DNA of 64,000 bases. Source: a virus (taxonomy: Duplodnaviria; Caudoviricetes). The translations under genes were made by a program, and so were the position numbers. Numbering within the stretch: the first letter of the stretch is position 1; every line of letters starts with the position of its first letter. Of the stretch, positions 1 to 10,670 are shown piece by piece. The stretch lies in the IMG/VR virus record IMGVR_UViG_3300025450_001231; one strand, 5' to 3'. The notes under the pieces are model-generated. The model did no database searches, had not been told where the DNA came from, and saw only the letters and a program-made list of their open reading frames with translations.

Positions 1-2
1 AG

Positions 3-890
3 GGACAAACAGGTAAAGATGGTGTTCAAGGACCACAGGGACCACAAGGTATTACTGGAAATGTAGGAGCACAAGGGCCACAAGGACCACAAGGTATAAT
101 TGGTGTGCAAGGACCACAAGGACCAAGCGGAGTACAAGGGCCAACAGGACCACAAGGACCAAGCGGAGCACAAGGACCACAAGGAACCGCCGGCCCACAA
201 GGTATACAAGGGCCAACTGGGGTACAAGGACCGCAAGGACCACAAGGCGTACAAGGACCCACTGGACCAATTACTGGTAGCAATACACAGGTAATTTTTA
301 ATGCCAACGGACAACCAGGAGCTAGCAGTAACTTTACTTGGAATTCTCAGGGCAATGTGTTAGTTGCAAATGGTGCTGTAGTTAGTAATACATTGGTAAT
401 CGGATCAAATATTACCAATGCTCAAACAATTACAGGCAACAGTTCCAGCGTAGTATTTGTTTCTAATTTAGATGTTACCTACGGCCAGTCAACTTTTAGC
501 TTGACCATGGACCAGATGGCACTATATAGTAATGTTAGCGGAAATGTAACAGTAAATTATCCAGCAACTGTTGGACAATCCCCAGCGGCATTTTATATAG
601 CAAATATTAGTAATAATTCTTGGTATATTTTTAATAATTTTCCAACTGGACCATCAAGTGCTGTAAACAATTACACTAGATCTGTAGTAATAACATTTGT
701 TATAAATCAAGGAGCAACCCCCTATATCATCCAAGGATTGAATATTAATGGCACTCCTTATGTCACCAAATGGTTGGGTGGAACTGCCCCAACAGGTACT
801 GCTAACAAATTAGAAATTATGAGTTTTGTTGCAATAGTAAGCAACGGTTCTGTATTAGCAATAACAGGCCAACTAGCAAGTTACGGATAA
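3..890 (+). CDS. Collagen-repeat tail fibre/adhesin, 5'-truncated by the window edge
   Basis: Frame is open from base 3 ([15 protein letters not shown]...), so the ORF-track start at 105 is internal. G-X-Y tract runs to ~268. C-terminal domain ([20 protein letters not shown]) resembles the C-terminus of the 14474 gene. Confidence 0.8.
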   Translation, partial: GQTGKDGVQGPQGPQGITGNVGAQGPQGPQGIIGVQGPQGPSGVQGPTGPQGPSGAQGPQGTAGPQGIQGPTGVQGPQGPQGVQGPTGPITGSNTQVIFNANGQPGASSNFTWNSQGNVLVANGAVVSNTLVIGSNITNAQTITGNSSSVVFVSNLDVTYGQSTFSLTMDQMALYSNVSGNVTVNYPATVGQSPAAFYIANISNNSWYIFNNFPTGPSSAVNNYTRSVVITFVINQGATPYIIQGLNINGTPYVTKWLGGTAPTGTANKLEIMSFVAIVSNGSVLAITGQLASYG

Positions 891-894
891 TATA

Positions 895-3800
895 ATGAGA
901 ATATCAAGCATTTCTTACGTAGGAACCCATTTACCGAGACCATTATTGGTTGTAGTGATCTCTACTGGTTCATATAATTTTGCTTATGGGCAACCAGTTA
1001 GTGTAACACCGCTTACTGTAACCGGCGGAATTCCTCCTTATATATATTCGGCAAACACATTGCCGTCAGGACTTTCTATCGGTTCTTCTACTGGCACAAT
1101 CAGTGGAAAAGGTAATGCTCTAAGTGGAAATACTGCTTACCAAATTGTTGTTACTGACAGCACTCCAATTAAGCCACAAACATCAAATGCAAATATCTAT
1201 ATATCAATGGTTGCAACTGTACCTTGTGCACCTAGTATAGTATCTGCAACAGATGTTAATACAACTGCAGTTCAATTGATTTATACTGCACCAACTAACA
1301 ACGGTGGTTATCCAATTACCAGCTACATAGCAACAAGTAGTCCAGGTTCAATCCACGCAACATTAAGTACTGCAGGTAATGGAACCATGACGGTAACTGG
1401 TTTGACCACTGGTACTACTTATGCATTTACAGTGGCTGCGGTTAACAGTATTGGTACAGGACAACCTAGTGCGTGTAGTTCAAGTGTTTTGGTTGCTACT
1501 GTGCCAAATGTGGTAGTAGTTGGAACTCCTATCGTCAAACAAAATGTTGGAATGGCTATACCTTATACTGCGCCTAACAATAACGGTAGTGCTATTAGAT
1601 ACTTTGTAGCAAATGCAAATCCTGGCGGCATCACTGCAACTTTGAGTACTTCTAGTTCGGGCACAATTACTGTAACAGGATTGACCAAAGGTTCGTATTA
1701 TACATTCACAGTTACCGCAACAAATGGTGTAGGAACCAGTAATGTTAGTGCAAATACCGCTTGTAAACCATATGGTACAGTGCCCAATGCAGTTGTTATA
1801 TCAAATGTAGTACATATTAACAGTTCTCTTGGAAATACGGCCATCGGAGTTGTTTGGAATTTTGCAACCTGTTGCCATACTGGATTTACTCCTACGGCAA
1901 TTGTGGCAACAAGTCACCCAGGATGCCGAACAGCCACAGTAACAAGTTCAGCATCGCCCACAATTACAGTAACAGGATTAACTCCTGCTACTACATATTT
2001 TTTCACTGCATATGCAGTTAACGCAGTTGGACAAGGTTGTTGCAGTACACCTAGTGGATGTATCAACACCTACGGACCTCCAATTAGTCTAAGACAACCA
2101 ACAATAAACACCGTTATTCCTGGTGGATCCTATATTGTTGGCAACGCTATTCAAGTGGCGACTGGCGCTAATGTACCAAATTGTTGGTCGGCTTGTGGTC
2201 CCATTTTTGGTTGGACTTATCAATGGTTTAGATCTTGCGGTACATCATTAACTTCTAATCTTGCTCCTAGTACATATACTCCAGTATCCGGAGATGCTGG
2301 CAAGAACATTTATTTTGTACAAACAGCGGTAAGTTTATACGGATTCGGTAACACATCCGCTAATTCAAATTTAAGTCCTATTATTGGTTCTTCTAAGCCA
2401 CTCACTGCGCCTAATATTACCTCTGCAACTGGACAAGCTCCGTCGGGATATGCAAATATTACATTCACTGCTCCTACGTGTACTGGCGGTTCTACCATTA
2501 CTTCTTATGTGGTTCAAGAAAATCCGCAATCCGGAACTTGTCTTTCAACAAGATTTTCTACAATTAGTCAGTCTGGGGCAGGTACCATTACTATATCTGG
2601 ATTAATACCTGGAACAACATATAAATTTTATATTGCAGCAATTAATAGTTATGGTCAAGGACCATATAGCAATGCTAGTCCCTGTACGTTTACTTGGTAT
2701 TCGCCACAACTTAGTGCAAATCCAAGCATTGCTGGAACTGTTCGCAGCGGATCAACATTGACGGCAAACATAGGTACCTGGGCCAGCTATCCAGCAGCAA
2801 CATATGCTAATCAATGGTACAGGGGAAGTAGTGCTATTGGTGGAGCAACTGGGTCAACTTATGCGTTGACCAATTGTGATTTAGGATCAACAATAAAATT
2901 TCAAGTTACAGCCACAAATCCAATTGGTAGCAATGTAGCCCAAAGTCCGGCTACTGGAACAGTTCAGCCAGTACAGTTATCATTGACTGTTAACACAAGC
3001 GCATATAATTTTACAATAGGAAGTGCATATTCTTCTACTCCAGCAACAGCATCTGGAGGATTTGGCAACATAACATATGCAATTAGTGGAAATACATTGC
3101 CGACAGGATTAACTTTTTCCAATGCAGGTTTGTTGTATGGTACACTTACAGGAACGACTACACAAACAAATACTCAATATACCATAACTGCTACCTGTTC
3201 TTATTCAACTCCGCAACACGCAACAGGTACTATTGCTATAACAGTAAATGCCGCTCCACTTAGTGTTAGTTTCACTTGCAAAGGAACTTATAATCTTACA
3301 CTCAATCAATCTGCAGGTACAAATACCATAGTCAACTCGGTTAGCGGAGGTATACCTCCTTACTCGTATAGTGTATGTACTAGTCTGCCCACTGGTCTTA
3401 CTTTTGCCAATACTTATTTCTCAGGTACACCCACTGCGTTGCACTCACAATCTTTCTATGTATGGAAAGTCAGTGATAGTACTACCCCTACTGCGCAAAG
3501 TCAAACTCGTACCATAGGAATTGGTGTTTATCCAGCAGCATCAACAGTAACTTTTACTGCAGCAGGTACTTATACTTGGAGTGTTCCTAACGGAACAACT
3601 CAAGCAAGTGTTTTAGTAGTTGGCGGTGGTGGTGGCGGAGCAGGTAGCAATTGTTATCTTTCGCCTGGGGCAGGCGGAGGCGGAGCCGCTACTACAGTAT
3701 TAAATAATTTTACTGTAGCGTTTGGTCAAAATTATACAGGTCGAGTTGGTACACCAGGTTCTAAATTAGGAACTGCCGCACAAAGAACTGGGCAACCTTC

Positions 3801-4278
3801 ATACTTCAACGGTACAGGTTCAGGTAATGTAGTAGCCGGTGGTGGCGTTGGCGGTGGCATTGGCATAAACACTAAATCTGGTTCAGTTGGAGGCGGCGGT
3901 GGCGTTGGGCGCGGCAGTTGCGGTGGTGGTGGCGGTTGCGGTGGTACTGGAACCATCGGTGGCCGCGGCGGGGCCGGCGGAACAGGATCAGGGGGTACTA
4001 GCTATTCAGGAGGAGCCGGCGGATTTGCTTATAATACTTTTGTAGGTATAGCTTGCGGAGGAACCAATCCCTACGGTATGAACGGTGGAAAATCCGGACA
4101 ATATACTAACGCTGCAGCTACTAATGGTGTTGGGACGGCGTTAACTATATCTCCCACTACTGGGCCTTACGGTTTTGGTGGCGCTGGTCAAACAGCTAAA
4201 GGTTCGGGCGGCAGTTGCGGCGGAGGCGGAGCAGTAATGATTATATACGGAGGCGCTGGGTGTAACACTATAACTTAG
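895..4278 (+). CDS. FN3/Ig-repeat virion fibre or adhesin with a Gly-rich C-terminal domain
   Basis: Putative-Ig repeats (GGIPPYIYSANTLPSGLSIGSSTGTISG), FN3 signatures (TGLTTGTTYAFTVAAVNSIG), Ig-like TLTANIGTW...YANQWYR, and a C-terminal VLVVGGGGGGAG Gly-rich domain. Confidence 0.8.
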   Translation: MRISSISYVGTHLPRPLLVVVISTGSYNFAYGQPVSVTPLTVTGGIPPYIYSANTLPSGLSIGSSTGTISGKGNALSGNTAYQIVVTDSTPIKPQTSNANIYISMVATVPCAPSIVSATDVNTTAVQLIYTAPTNNGGYPITSYIATSSPGSIHATLSTAGNGTMTVTGLTTGTTYAFTVAAVNSIGTGQPSACSSSVLVATVPNVVVVGTPIVKQNVGMAIPYTAPNNNGSAIRYFVANANPGGITATLSTSSSGTITVTGLTKGSYYTFTVTATNGVGTSNVSANTACKPYGTVPNAVVISNVVHINSSLGNTAIGVVWNFATCCHTGFTPTAIVATSHPGCRTATVTSSASPTITVTGLTPATTYFFTAYAVNAVGQGCCSTPSGCINTYGPPISLRQPTINTVIPGGSYIVGNAIQVATGANVPNCWSACGPIFGWTYQWFRSCGTSLTSNLAPSTYTPVSGDAGKNIYFVQTAVSLYGFGNTSANSNLSPIIGSSKPLTAPNITSATGQAPSGYANITFTAPTCTGGSTITSYVVQENPQSGTCLSTRFSTISQSGAGTITISGLIPGTTYKFYIAAINSYGQGPYSNASPCTFTWYSPQLSANPSIAGTVRSGSTLTANIGTWASYPAATYANQWYRGSSAIGGATGSTYALTNCDLGSTIKFQVTATNPIGSNVAQSPATGTVQPVQLSLTVNTSAYNFTIGSAYSSTPATASGGFGNITYAISGNTLPTGLTFSNAGLLYGTLTGTTTQTNTQYTITATCSYSTPQHATGTIAITVNAAPLSVSFTCKGTYNLTLNQSAGTNTIVNSVSGGIPPYSYSVCTSLPTGLTFANTYFSGTPTALHSQSFYVWKVSDSTTPTAQSQTRTIGIGVYPAASTVTFTAAGTYTWSVPNGTTQASVLVVGGGGGGAGSNCYLSPGAGGGGAATTVLNNFTVAFGQNYTGRVGTPGSKLGTAAQRTGQPSYFNGTGSGNVVAGGGVGGGIGINTKSGSVGGGGGVGRGSCGGGGGCGGTGTIGGRGGAGGTGSGGTSYSGGAGGFAYNTFVGIACGGTNPYGMNGGKSGQYTNAAATNGVGTALTISPTTGPYGFGGAGQTAKGSGGSCGGGGAVMIIYGGAGCNTIT

Positions 4279-4286
4279 TATAAATA
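4279..4286 (+). promoter_or_regulatory. T4-type late promoter
   Basis: TATAAATA directly after the 4278 stop, 20 nt before ATG 4307. Confidence 0.65.
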
Positions 4287-4306
4287 CCCAATAGCCGAAG
4301 AAAAAT

Positions 4307-7300
4307 ATGTCATTAACCCGTGTTCAAGGATCCAATTTTAACAGTAATACTCTGACGATTTCAGAGCATTTACTGACTATTAACAAAGGTAATATATCCA
4401 ATAGAGATATTGGTCTCATCTTTGACCGCAGCACTTCTAGCCAAAGTAATGTTGCATTAATTTGGCAAGCCAGCACCAGCAATTTTGTATTAGGGTATAC
4501 AAACCAAAGCTATACAAATAACACAAATATTTCAGTTACCAGCAATGCTGATCTTACTGTTGCTAATCTCAATGTAAGTAACGGTATATCAATCAACGGT
4601 AATTTTGGTACCGCTGGTTATATACTACAAAGTACAGGAACAGGTGTACAATGGGTCAGTAATCCCAGTAGTTCTGTTAACATTAACCTAACTGGTAACT
4701 TAATTGCCGATTCAATTTATGCAAATATTATTGGTAATAGCAATTCGATTATTTACGGAACATTAAGTGCCAATACTGTAGCAAATATTGATTTTAGCCA
4801 CATTTCCAATCTTACTGTAACCGGTACTCTTAATGCAGGAATCGTACAGTCTGCAATTATTGGTAATGTTGGAGCAAGACTAATTGGTAATGGTAGCCAA
4901 ATCACTGGTATCACTGGCAGTCAAATTACCACTGCAGTGGCTAACGCAATTACTGCACAGTATGTAACTGGGCTAACAGCTGCCAATGTTGATACTGCAC
5001 TAGGTTATATACCCCTTGATTCCAATGGATCAGCAATATCGTCCGGAACTGCCCAGTATGTAACACAAGCAACACAAAGTAATATCACACAAGTTGGTAC
5101 ATTAACCAACTTAACAGTAGCAGGTACTATTAATGCAAATACTGTACAAGCACAAACAATAGGCAACGTCGGTGCAAGACTAATCGGTAATGGTAGCCAA
5201 ATCACTGGCATTATTGGTAGTCAAGTTGTTGGACCAGTTACTACTGCAATATATGTTACAGGATTGACCAACAGTAATGTAACTACTGCACTGGGCTATG
5301 TACCGATTGATTCTAATGCAACAATCAATACAGAATATGTAATACAAGGTATACAGAGTAATATTACACAAGTTGGTACACTAACTAACTTAACAGTCAG
5401 CGGAACTATTAATGCCAATGCTATGCAAGCCGCTACAATCGGTAATATTGGCGCTAGTTTTGTTGGTAACGGCAGTCAGATAACAGGTATCACTGGTAGT
5501 CAAATCGTCGGACCGGTAACTGATGCCGTCACGGCACAGTATGTAACTGGCTTAACGGCAGCCAACGTTGATACTGCATTGGGTTATGTACCGTTAAATT
5601 CCAATAGTTCTGCAGTCAGCGCAGGAACTGCACAATATGTAACTCAAGCAACACAAAGCAATATTACTGCAGTAGGCACATTAACCAACTTAACAGTAGC
5701 AGGTACAATTAACGCTAATACTGTACAAGCACAGACAATTGGTAACATTGGTGCCACGTTTATTGGTAACGGCAGTCAGATAACAGGTATTACTGGTAGC
5801 CAAGTATCTAATATCACCGGAAGTCAAATAGTTGGTGCAGTCACTACCGCACAATACGTAACTGGATTAACTAGCGGTAATGTAACTACTGCATTAGGTT
5901 ATGTACCTCTTAATTCAAATGCATCAATCAATGCACAATATGTAATACAACCAATTCAAAGTAATATTACTGCGGTTGGTACTCTGACTAATTTAACAGT
6001 CAGTGGCACTATTAATGCCAATACTGTGCAAGCACAAACAATTGGTAACATTGGTGCTGCATTCATCGGTAACGGCAGTCAGCTGACTAATCTAACTGGT
6101 GGACAAGTCACTGGTACAGTTGCCAATGCTACAACTGCACAGTATGTAACTGGTTTAACTAGCGGTAATGTAACCACCGCACTAGGTTATGTACCGATTA
6201 ATTCAAATTCTACCATAGCCACTGCAGGTACAGCACAGTATGTAACTCAAGCAATACAAAGTAATATTACACAGGTTGGTACTTTAACTAACTTAACTGT
6301 AGCAGGTACCATTAATGCCAATGCAGTACAGGCACAAACAATTGGTAATATCGGTGCTAGTTTTATTGGTAACGGCAGTCAGATCACAGGTATTACTGGC
6401 AGTCAAGTAGTTGGTACAGTTGCCAATGCTACTAATGCTGTTACTGCACAGTATGTAACTGGGTTAACTGCAGCCAACGTTGATACTGCTTTGGGATATA
6501 TCCCACTTAACTCCAATGGTACTGCAATATCGTCTGGAACTGCACAGTATGTAACACAAGCAACGCAAAGTAATATTACACAAGTTGGTACACTGACCAA
6601 TTTGATAGTAGCAGGTACAATTAACGCTAATACTGTACAAGCACAGACGATCGGTAATGTAGGCGCAACATTAATTGGCAATGGTAGTCAAATAACAAGT
6701 ATCACTGGTAGTCAGGTTATTGGTACAGTTACCAACGCAATTACTGCAGAGTATGTAACTGGACTAACAGCTGCTAATGTCGATACTGCATTGGGCTATG
6801 TCCCAATGGATTCAAATACATCTATTGCTACTGCAGGGACTGCACAGTACGTAACTCAAGCAACGCAAAGTAATATTACTCAAGTTGGTACATTGACTAA
6901 CTTGGTTGTTAGTGGCACGATTAACGCTAACACAGTACAAGCACAAACAATTGGTAATATCGGTGCAAGACTAATCGGTAATGGTAGCCAGTTAACTGGT
7001 ATTACTGGTGGCCAAATAACAGGAACGGTTGCCAATGCAACCAATGCAGTTACTGCAGAATATGTAACAGGATTGACAAGCAGTAATGTAACCACTGCAT
7101 TAACCTATGTGCCGTTGGATAGTAATGCAGCTGCTATAGCTGCAAATACAATTATATCTCCAATACAAAGCAATATCACTCAAGTCGGTACATTAACCAA
7201 TTTAGTTGTCAGTGGTACAATTAATGCAGGAACTGTACAAGCTGCTACAATTGGTAACATTGGTGCTACATTTATTGGTAATGGTTCTTCAATTACTGGA

Positions 7301-10273
7301 CTAACCGGTAGCCAAATTGGCAATATTACCGGCAGTCAAATTATTGGCGCAGTTACACTAGCAGTCACTGCACAAAGTGTAACTGGATTATCTAGTGCAA
7401 ATGTAACTACCGCATTAGGCTATGTGCCGTTAAATTCAAATAGTTCTGTCGCTACTGCAGGTACTGCTCAGTATGTAATCCAACCAATACAAAGTAATAT
7501 TACTCAAGTTGGTACGTTGACTAATTTGTATGTGTCGGGCACCATTAACACAGGCACAGTTGAAGCTGCAGTTATTGGTAATATTGGTGCTACAATTATA
7601 GGTAATGGCAGTCAGCTCACTGGAATTACTGGTAGTCAAGTAGTTGGTGCAGTAGCTACCGCAGTTACTGCAGAATATGTAACAGGATTGACTGCGGCCA
7701 ACGTTGATACTGCATTGGGCTATGTTCCGTTAGATTCTAATGCAACAATAGGAACTGCGGGTACTGCACAGTATGTAACACAATCAATACAAAGCAACAT
7801 TACCCAAGTTGGTATATTAAGTAATTTAATTGTAGCCGGAACTATCGAAAGCGGTGTAGTACAGGCTGCGGTTATTGGTAATATTGGCGCAACACTAATT
7901 GGTAATGGTAGTCAAATAACAGGTATCACTGGTAGTCAAATAACTGGAAGAGTTACCAGCGCTGTTACTGCTCAATATGTAACCGGACTAACTGCTGCTA
8001 ATGTTGACACAGCTTTAGGCTATGTACCATTGGATTCCAACGCTACTGTAGGTACTGCCAATCTAGCACAGTATGTAACACAAGCAATACAAAGCAACAT
8101 TACTGCGGTAGGTACATTAAGTAATTTAACTGTTGCTGGTACCATTAATGCCAACACCGTACAAGCTACCACCATTGGCAATATTGGTGCAACTTTAGTT
8201 GGTAATGGTAGTCAGATAACAGGTATTACTGGTAGTCAAGTAACAGGAACTGTTGCCAATGCAACCAACGCAGTTACTGCCGTTTATGTAACAAGGTTAA
8301 CCAGCGGTAATATAACAACGGCATTGGGCTATACTCCTTTAGATGCCAATACAGGTTCAGGCACTGCTAATCTAGCACAGTATGTGACTCAGCCAATTCA
8401 AAGCAATATCACTCAAGTCGGTACATTAACCAATTTAACTGTCAGCGGAACGATTGAAGGTAACATAATACAAGCCGCCACAATTGGTAATATTGGTGCT
8501 ACTTTTATTGGCAACGGAAGTCAACTCACAGGCATAACAGGTAGCCAAATTGTTGGCTCAGTGACTAATGCCGTCACGGCACAGTATGTAACTGGGCTAA
8601 CAGCTGCTAATGTTGATACTGCACTGGGTTATGTCCCATTAAATTCCAACAGTTCTGCAGTTAGTGCAGGAACTGCTTTATATGTAGTCGGTCCTACACA
8701 AAGTAACATTACTGCACTAGGAACTTTAACTAGTTTGTATGTGTCGGGCACTATCAATGCCAATACTGTACAAGCTTCGACCATTGGTAATATCGGCGCT
8801 ACTTTTATTGGCAATGGAAGTCAACTCACTGGTATCACTGGCAGCCAACTTGTTGGTCCAGTTACTACGGCAACTTATGTAACTAATTTAACTAGCTCAA
8901 ATGTAACAACGGCATTGGGCTATACTCCACTGGATGCCAATGCAGTTTCGGGTACTGCTAACCTAGCACAGTATGTAACACAACCAATACAAAGTAACAT
9001 TACACAAGTTGGTACTTTGTCTAACTTAACGGTTGCCGGCACAATTAATGCCAATACTGTACAAGCGCAAACCATTGGTAACATTGGTGCTACATTTATA
9101 GGTAATGGTAGACAATTAACTGGATTGATTGGCAGTCAGATTTCAGGAGCAGTAACGAATGCTGTCACTGCACAATATGTAACTGGTTTGACTGCGGCCA
9201 ATGTCGATACTGCACTAGGATATGTTCCTTTAGACAGTAATGCCAGTGCGGTATCAGCAGGAACTGCTCAGTATGTGACACAAGCAATTCAAAGCAATAT
9301 TACTCAAGTTGGTACATTGTCAAGTTTGAGTGTGGGCGGAACAATTAATGCAGTGACTGTACAGGCAGCCACTATTGGTAATACTGGTGCAGTATTGGCT
9401 GGAGCAAGTTTAACTACAGATGGCGATGTTACCATTGGCGGAAATCTAAGAGTCAATGGCAGTACTGTTACAATCAATAGAGAGATTGTTAACCAAGTCG
9501 AAATCGTTGGTGGTAATTTAATTGCCAATAGTAATGCAATTTCGACCAGTACCACAACAGGTGCATTGCAAGTATTAGGCGGTGTTGGTATTACTGGGGC
9601 AGTATTTGTGGGCGGGGTATTATCAGGATTGGCTGTAAGTGCTGCTACCATTGGTAATGCTGGCGCACAAATTACTGGTAACGGCAGTGGATTAATCAGT
9701 ATCACTGGCGCCAATGTAACTGGAACAGTTGCTAATGCTACCTATGCAATTACTGCAAATACTGCAAACTATGCCACTACTTCAGTTAGCTCAGGAACTG
9801 CACAATATGTAACCGGAAATACTCAGTCAAACATTACCAGTGTAGGCACACTAACTGGATTGACATTAAGCGGCACAATGTATGCAACCAGCATACAATC
9901 GCAGGTATTCGGTAATTTAGGTGCTACATTCAGTGGTGCAACATTTACTGCTACTGGAGGATTCCAAGGACCACTAAACGGGACATTAGGATCTTCAGGA
10001 GCAAACACAGCCGTAGTTACTACATTGAGTGCAAATGGAAATGCCACAGTAAGTGCATTAACAGTTAATAATAGTGCTACTATTGGTACTACGTTGAGTG
10101 TTGCCGGTAATATTACTGCTGGTAATATTATTGCTGGTGGTGTGCGTAGTACTACTAGTGGTACCGCTCCTGTCAATCCTGTAGTGGGCGATATGTGGTT
10201 TGATTCTACCAATTATGCGTTGCTAAGATGGACCTATGACGGTAGCAATAGCTTTTGGCTACAACTAGGTTAA
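4307..10273 (+). CDS. Long tail-fibre-like protein with ~15 tandem ~100-aa repeats
   Basis: N-terminal DIGLIFDR...VALIW motif typical of T4-like fibre proteins; 16 QSNIT(Q/A/S)(V/L)G units; C-terminal APVNPVVGDMWFDS module. Confidence 0.8.
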   Translation: MSLTRVQGSNFNSNTLTISEHLLTINKGNISNRDIGLIFDRSTSSQSNVALIWQASTSNFVLGYTNQSYTNNTNISVTSNADLTVANLNVSNGISINGNFGTAGYILQSTGTGVQWVSNPSSSVNINLTGNLIADSIYANIIGNSNSIIYGTLSANTVANIDFSHISNLTVTGTLNAGIVQSAIIGNVGARLIGNGSQITGITGSQITTAVANAITAQYVTGLTAANVDTALGYIPLDSNGSAISSGTAQYVTQATQSNITQVGTLTNLTVAGTINANTVQAQTIGNVGARLIGNGSQITGIIGSQVVGPVTTAIYVTGLTNSNVTTALGYVPIDSNATINTEYVIQGIQSNITQVGTLTNLTVSGTINANAMQAATIGNIGASFVGNGSQITGITGSQIVGPVTDAVTAQYVTGLTAANVDTALGYVPLNSNSSAVSAGTAQYVTQATQSNITAVGTLTNLTVAGTINANTVQAQTIGNIGATFIGNGSQITGITGSQVSNITGSQIVGAVTTAQYVTGLTSGNVTTALGYVPLNSNASINAQYVIQPIQSNITAVGTLTNLTVSGTINANTVQAQTIGNIGAAFIGNGSQLTNLTGGQVTGTVANATTAQYVTGLTSGNVTTALGYVPINSNSTIATAGTAQYVTQAIQSNITQVGTLTNLTVAGTINANAVQAQTIGNIGASFIGNGSQITGITGSQVVGTVANATNAVTAQYVTGLTAANVDTALGYIPLNSNGTAISSGTAQYVTQATQSNITQVGTLTNLIVAGTINANTVQAQTIGNVGATLIGNGSQITSITGSQVIGTVTNAITAEYVTGLTAANVDTALGYVPMDSNTSIATAGTAQYVTQATQSNITQVGTLTNLVVSGTINANTVQAQTIGNIGARLIGNGSQLTGITGGQITGTVANATNAVTAEYVTGLTSSNVTTALTYVPLDSNAAAIAANTIISPIQSNITQVGTLTNLVVSGTINAGTVQAATIGNIGATFIGNGSSITGLTGSQIGNITGSQIIGAVTLAVTAQSVTGLSSANVTTALGYVPLNSNSSVATAGTAQYVIQPIQSNITQVGTLTNLYVSGTINTGTVEAAVIGNIGATIIGNGSQLTGITGSQVVGAVATAVTAEYVTGLTAANVDTALGYVPLDSNATIGTAGTAQYVTQSIQSNITQVGILSNLIVAGTIESGVVQAAVIGNIGATLIGNGSQITGITGSQITGRVTSAVTAQYVTGLTAANVDTALGYVPLDSNATVGTANLAQYVTQAIQSNITAVGTLSNLTVAGTINANTVQATTIGNIGATLVGNGSQITGITGSQVTGTVANATNAVTAVYVTRLTSGNITTALGYTPLDANTGSGTANLAQYVTQPIQSNITQVGTLTNLTVSGTIEGNIIQAATIGNIGATFIGNGSQLTGITGSQIVGSVTNAVTAQYVTGLTAANVDTALGYVPLNSNSSAVSAGTALYVVGPTQSNITALGTLTSLYVSGTINANTVQASTIGNIGATFIGNGSQLTGITGSQLVGPVTTATYVTNLTSSNVTTALGYTPLDANAVSGTANLAQYVTQPIQSNITQVGTLSNLTVAGTINANTVQAQTIGNIGATFIGNGRQLTGLIGSQISGAVTNAVTAQYVTGLTAANVDTALGYVPLDSNASAVSAGTAQYVTQAIQSNITQVGTLSSLSVGGTINAVTVQAATIGNTGAVLAGASLTTDGDVTIGGNLRVNGSTVTINREIVNQVEIVGGNLIANSNAISTSTTTGALQVLGGVGITGAVFVGGVLSGLAVSAATIGNAGAQITGNGSGLISITGANVTGTVANATYAITANTANYATTSVSSGTAQYVTGNTQSNITSVGTLTGLTLSGTMYATSIQSQVFGNLGATFSGATFTATGGFQGPLNGTLGSSGANTAVVTTLSANGNATVSALTVNNSATIGTTLSVAGNITAGNIIAGGVRSTTSGTAPVNPVVGDMWFDSTNYALLRWTYDGSNSFWLQLG
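4830..9400 (+). repeat. Tandem ~300-nt (~100-aa) degenerate coding repeats
   Basis: QSNIT codons recur near 5075, 5355, 5655, 5957, 6257, 6566, 6866, 7166, 7488, 7788, 8088, 8398, 8698, 8988 and 9289. Confidence 0.9.
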
Positions 10274-10290
10274 ACAAGTTAAATAATATT

Positions 10291-10635
10291 ATGCAAATAT
10301 CAGGGAATTTCAATTTATCGGGCGGTTTGGTGGTGGTACCTCCGGCTCCTACTGGCAATGCTACAGTAGCAGTGACTTGGGTATACCCACAACAAAATCA
10401 AACTTTTTTGCTCATCCCAAATGTTGCAATAACACCGATCCAAGCAGTAGCAATAACATACGACGGAGATAGTTATACCTACTCTGCTAATACAATTCCC
10501 ACAGGATTAACTTTAGCTGCTAATGGATTAATAACAGGAACACCAACAGTAATAGGTAACACCAGTACTAATCTGAGCGTTTCTACCGGATCCGGTGTAA
10601 AATCTTCTGTATACCCAACTTTTACAGTAATCTAG
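10291..10635 (+). CDS. Small putative-Ig-domain virion protein
   Basis: YSANTIPTGLTLAANGLITGTPT putative-Ig motif. Start moved to ATG 10291 because the track start at 10255 overlaps the upstream gene and a TAAATA box precedes 10291. Confidence 0.65.
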   Translation: MQISGNFNLSGGLVVVPPAPTGNATVAVTWVYPQQNQTFLLIPNVAITPIQAVAITYDGDSYTYSANTIPTGLTLAANGLITGTPTVIGNTSTNLSVSTGSGVKSSVYPTFTVI

Positions 10636-10670
10636 AAATACGATAAATACTCATTAATATGGGTTAACTA

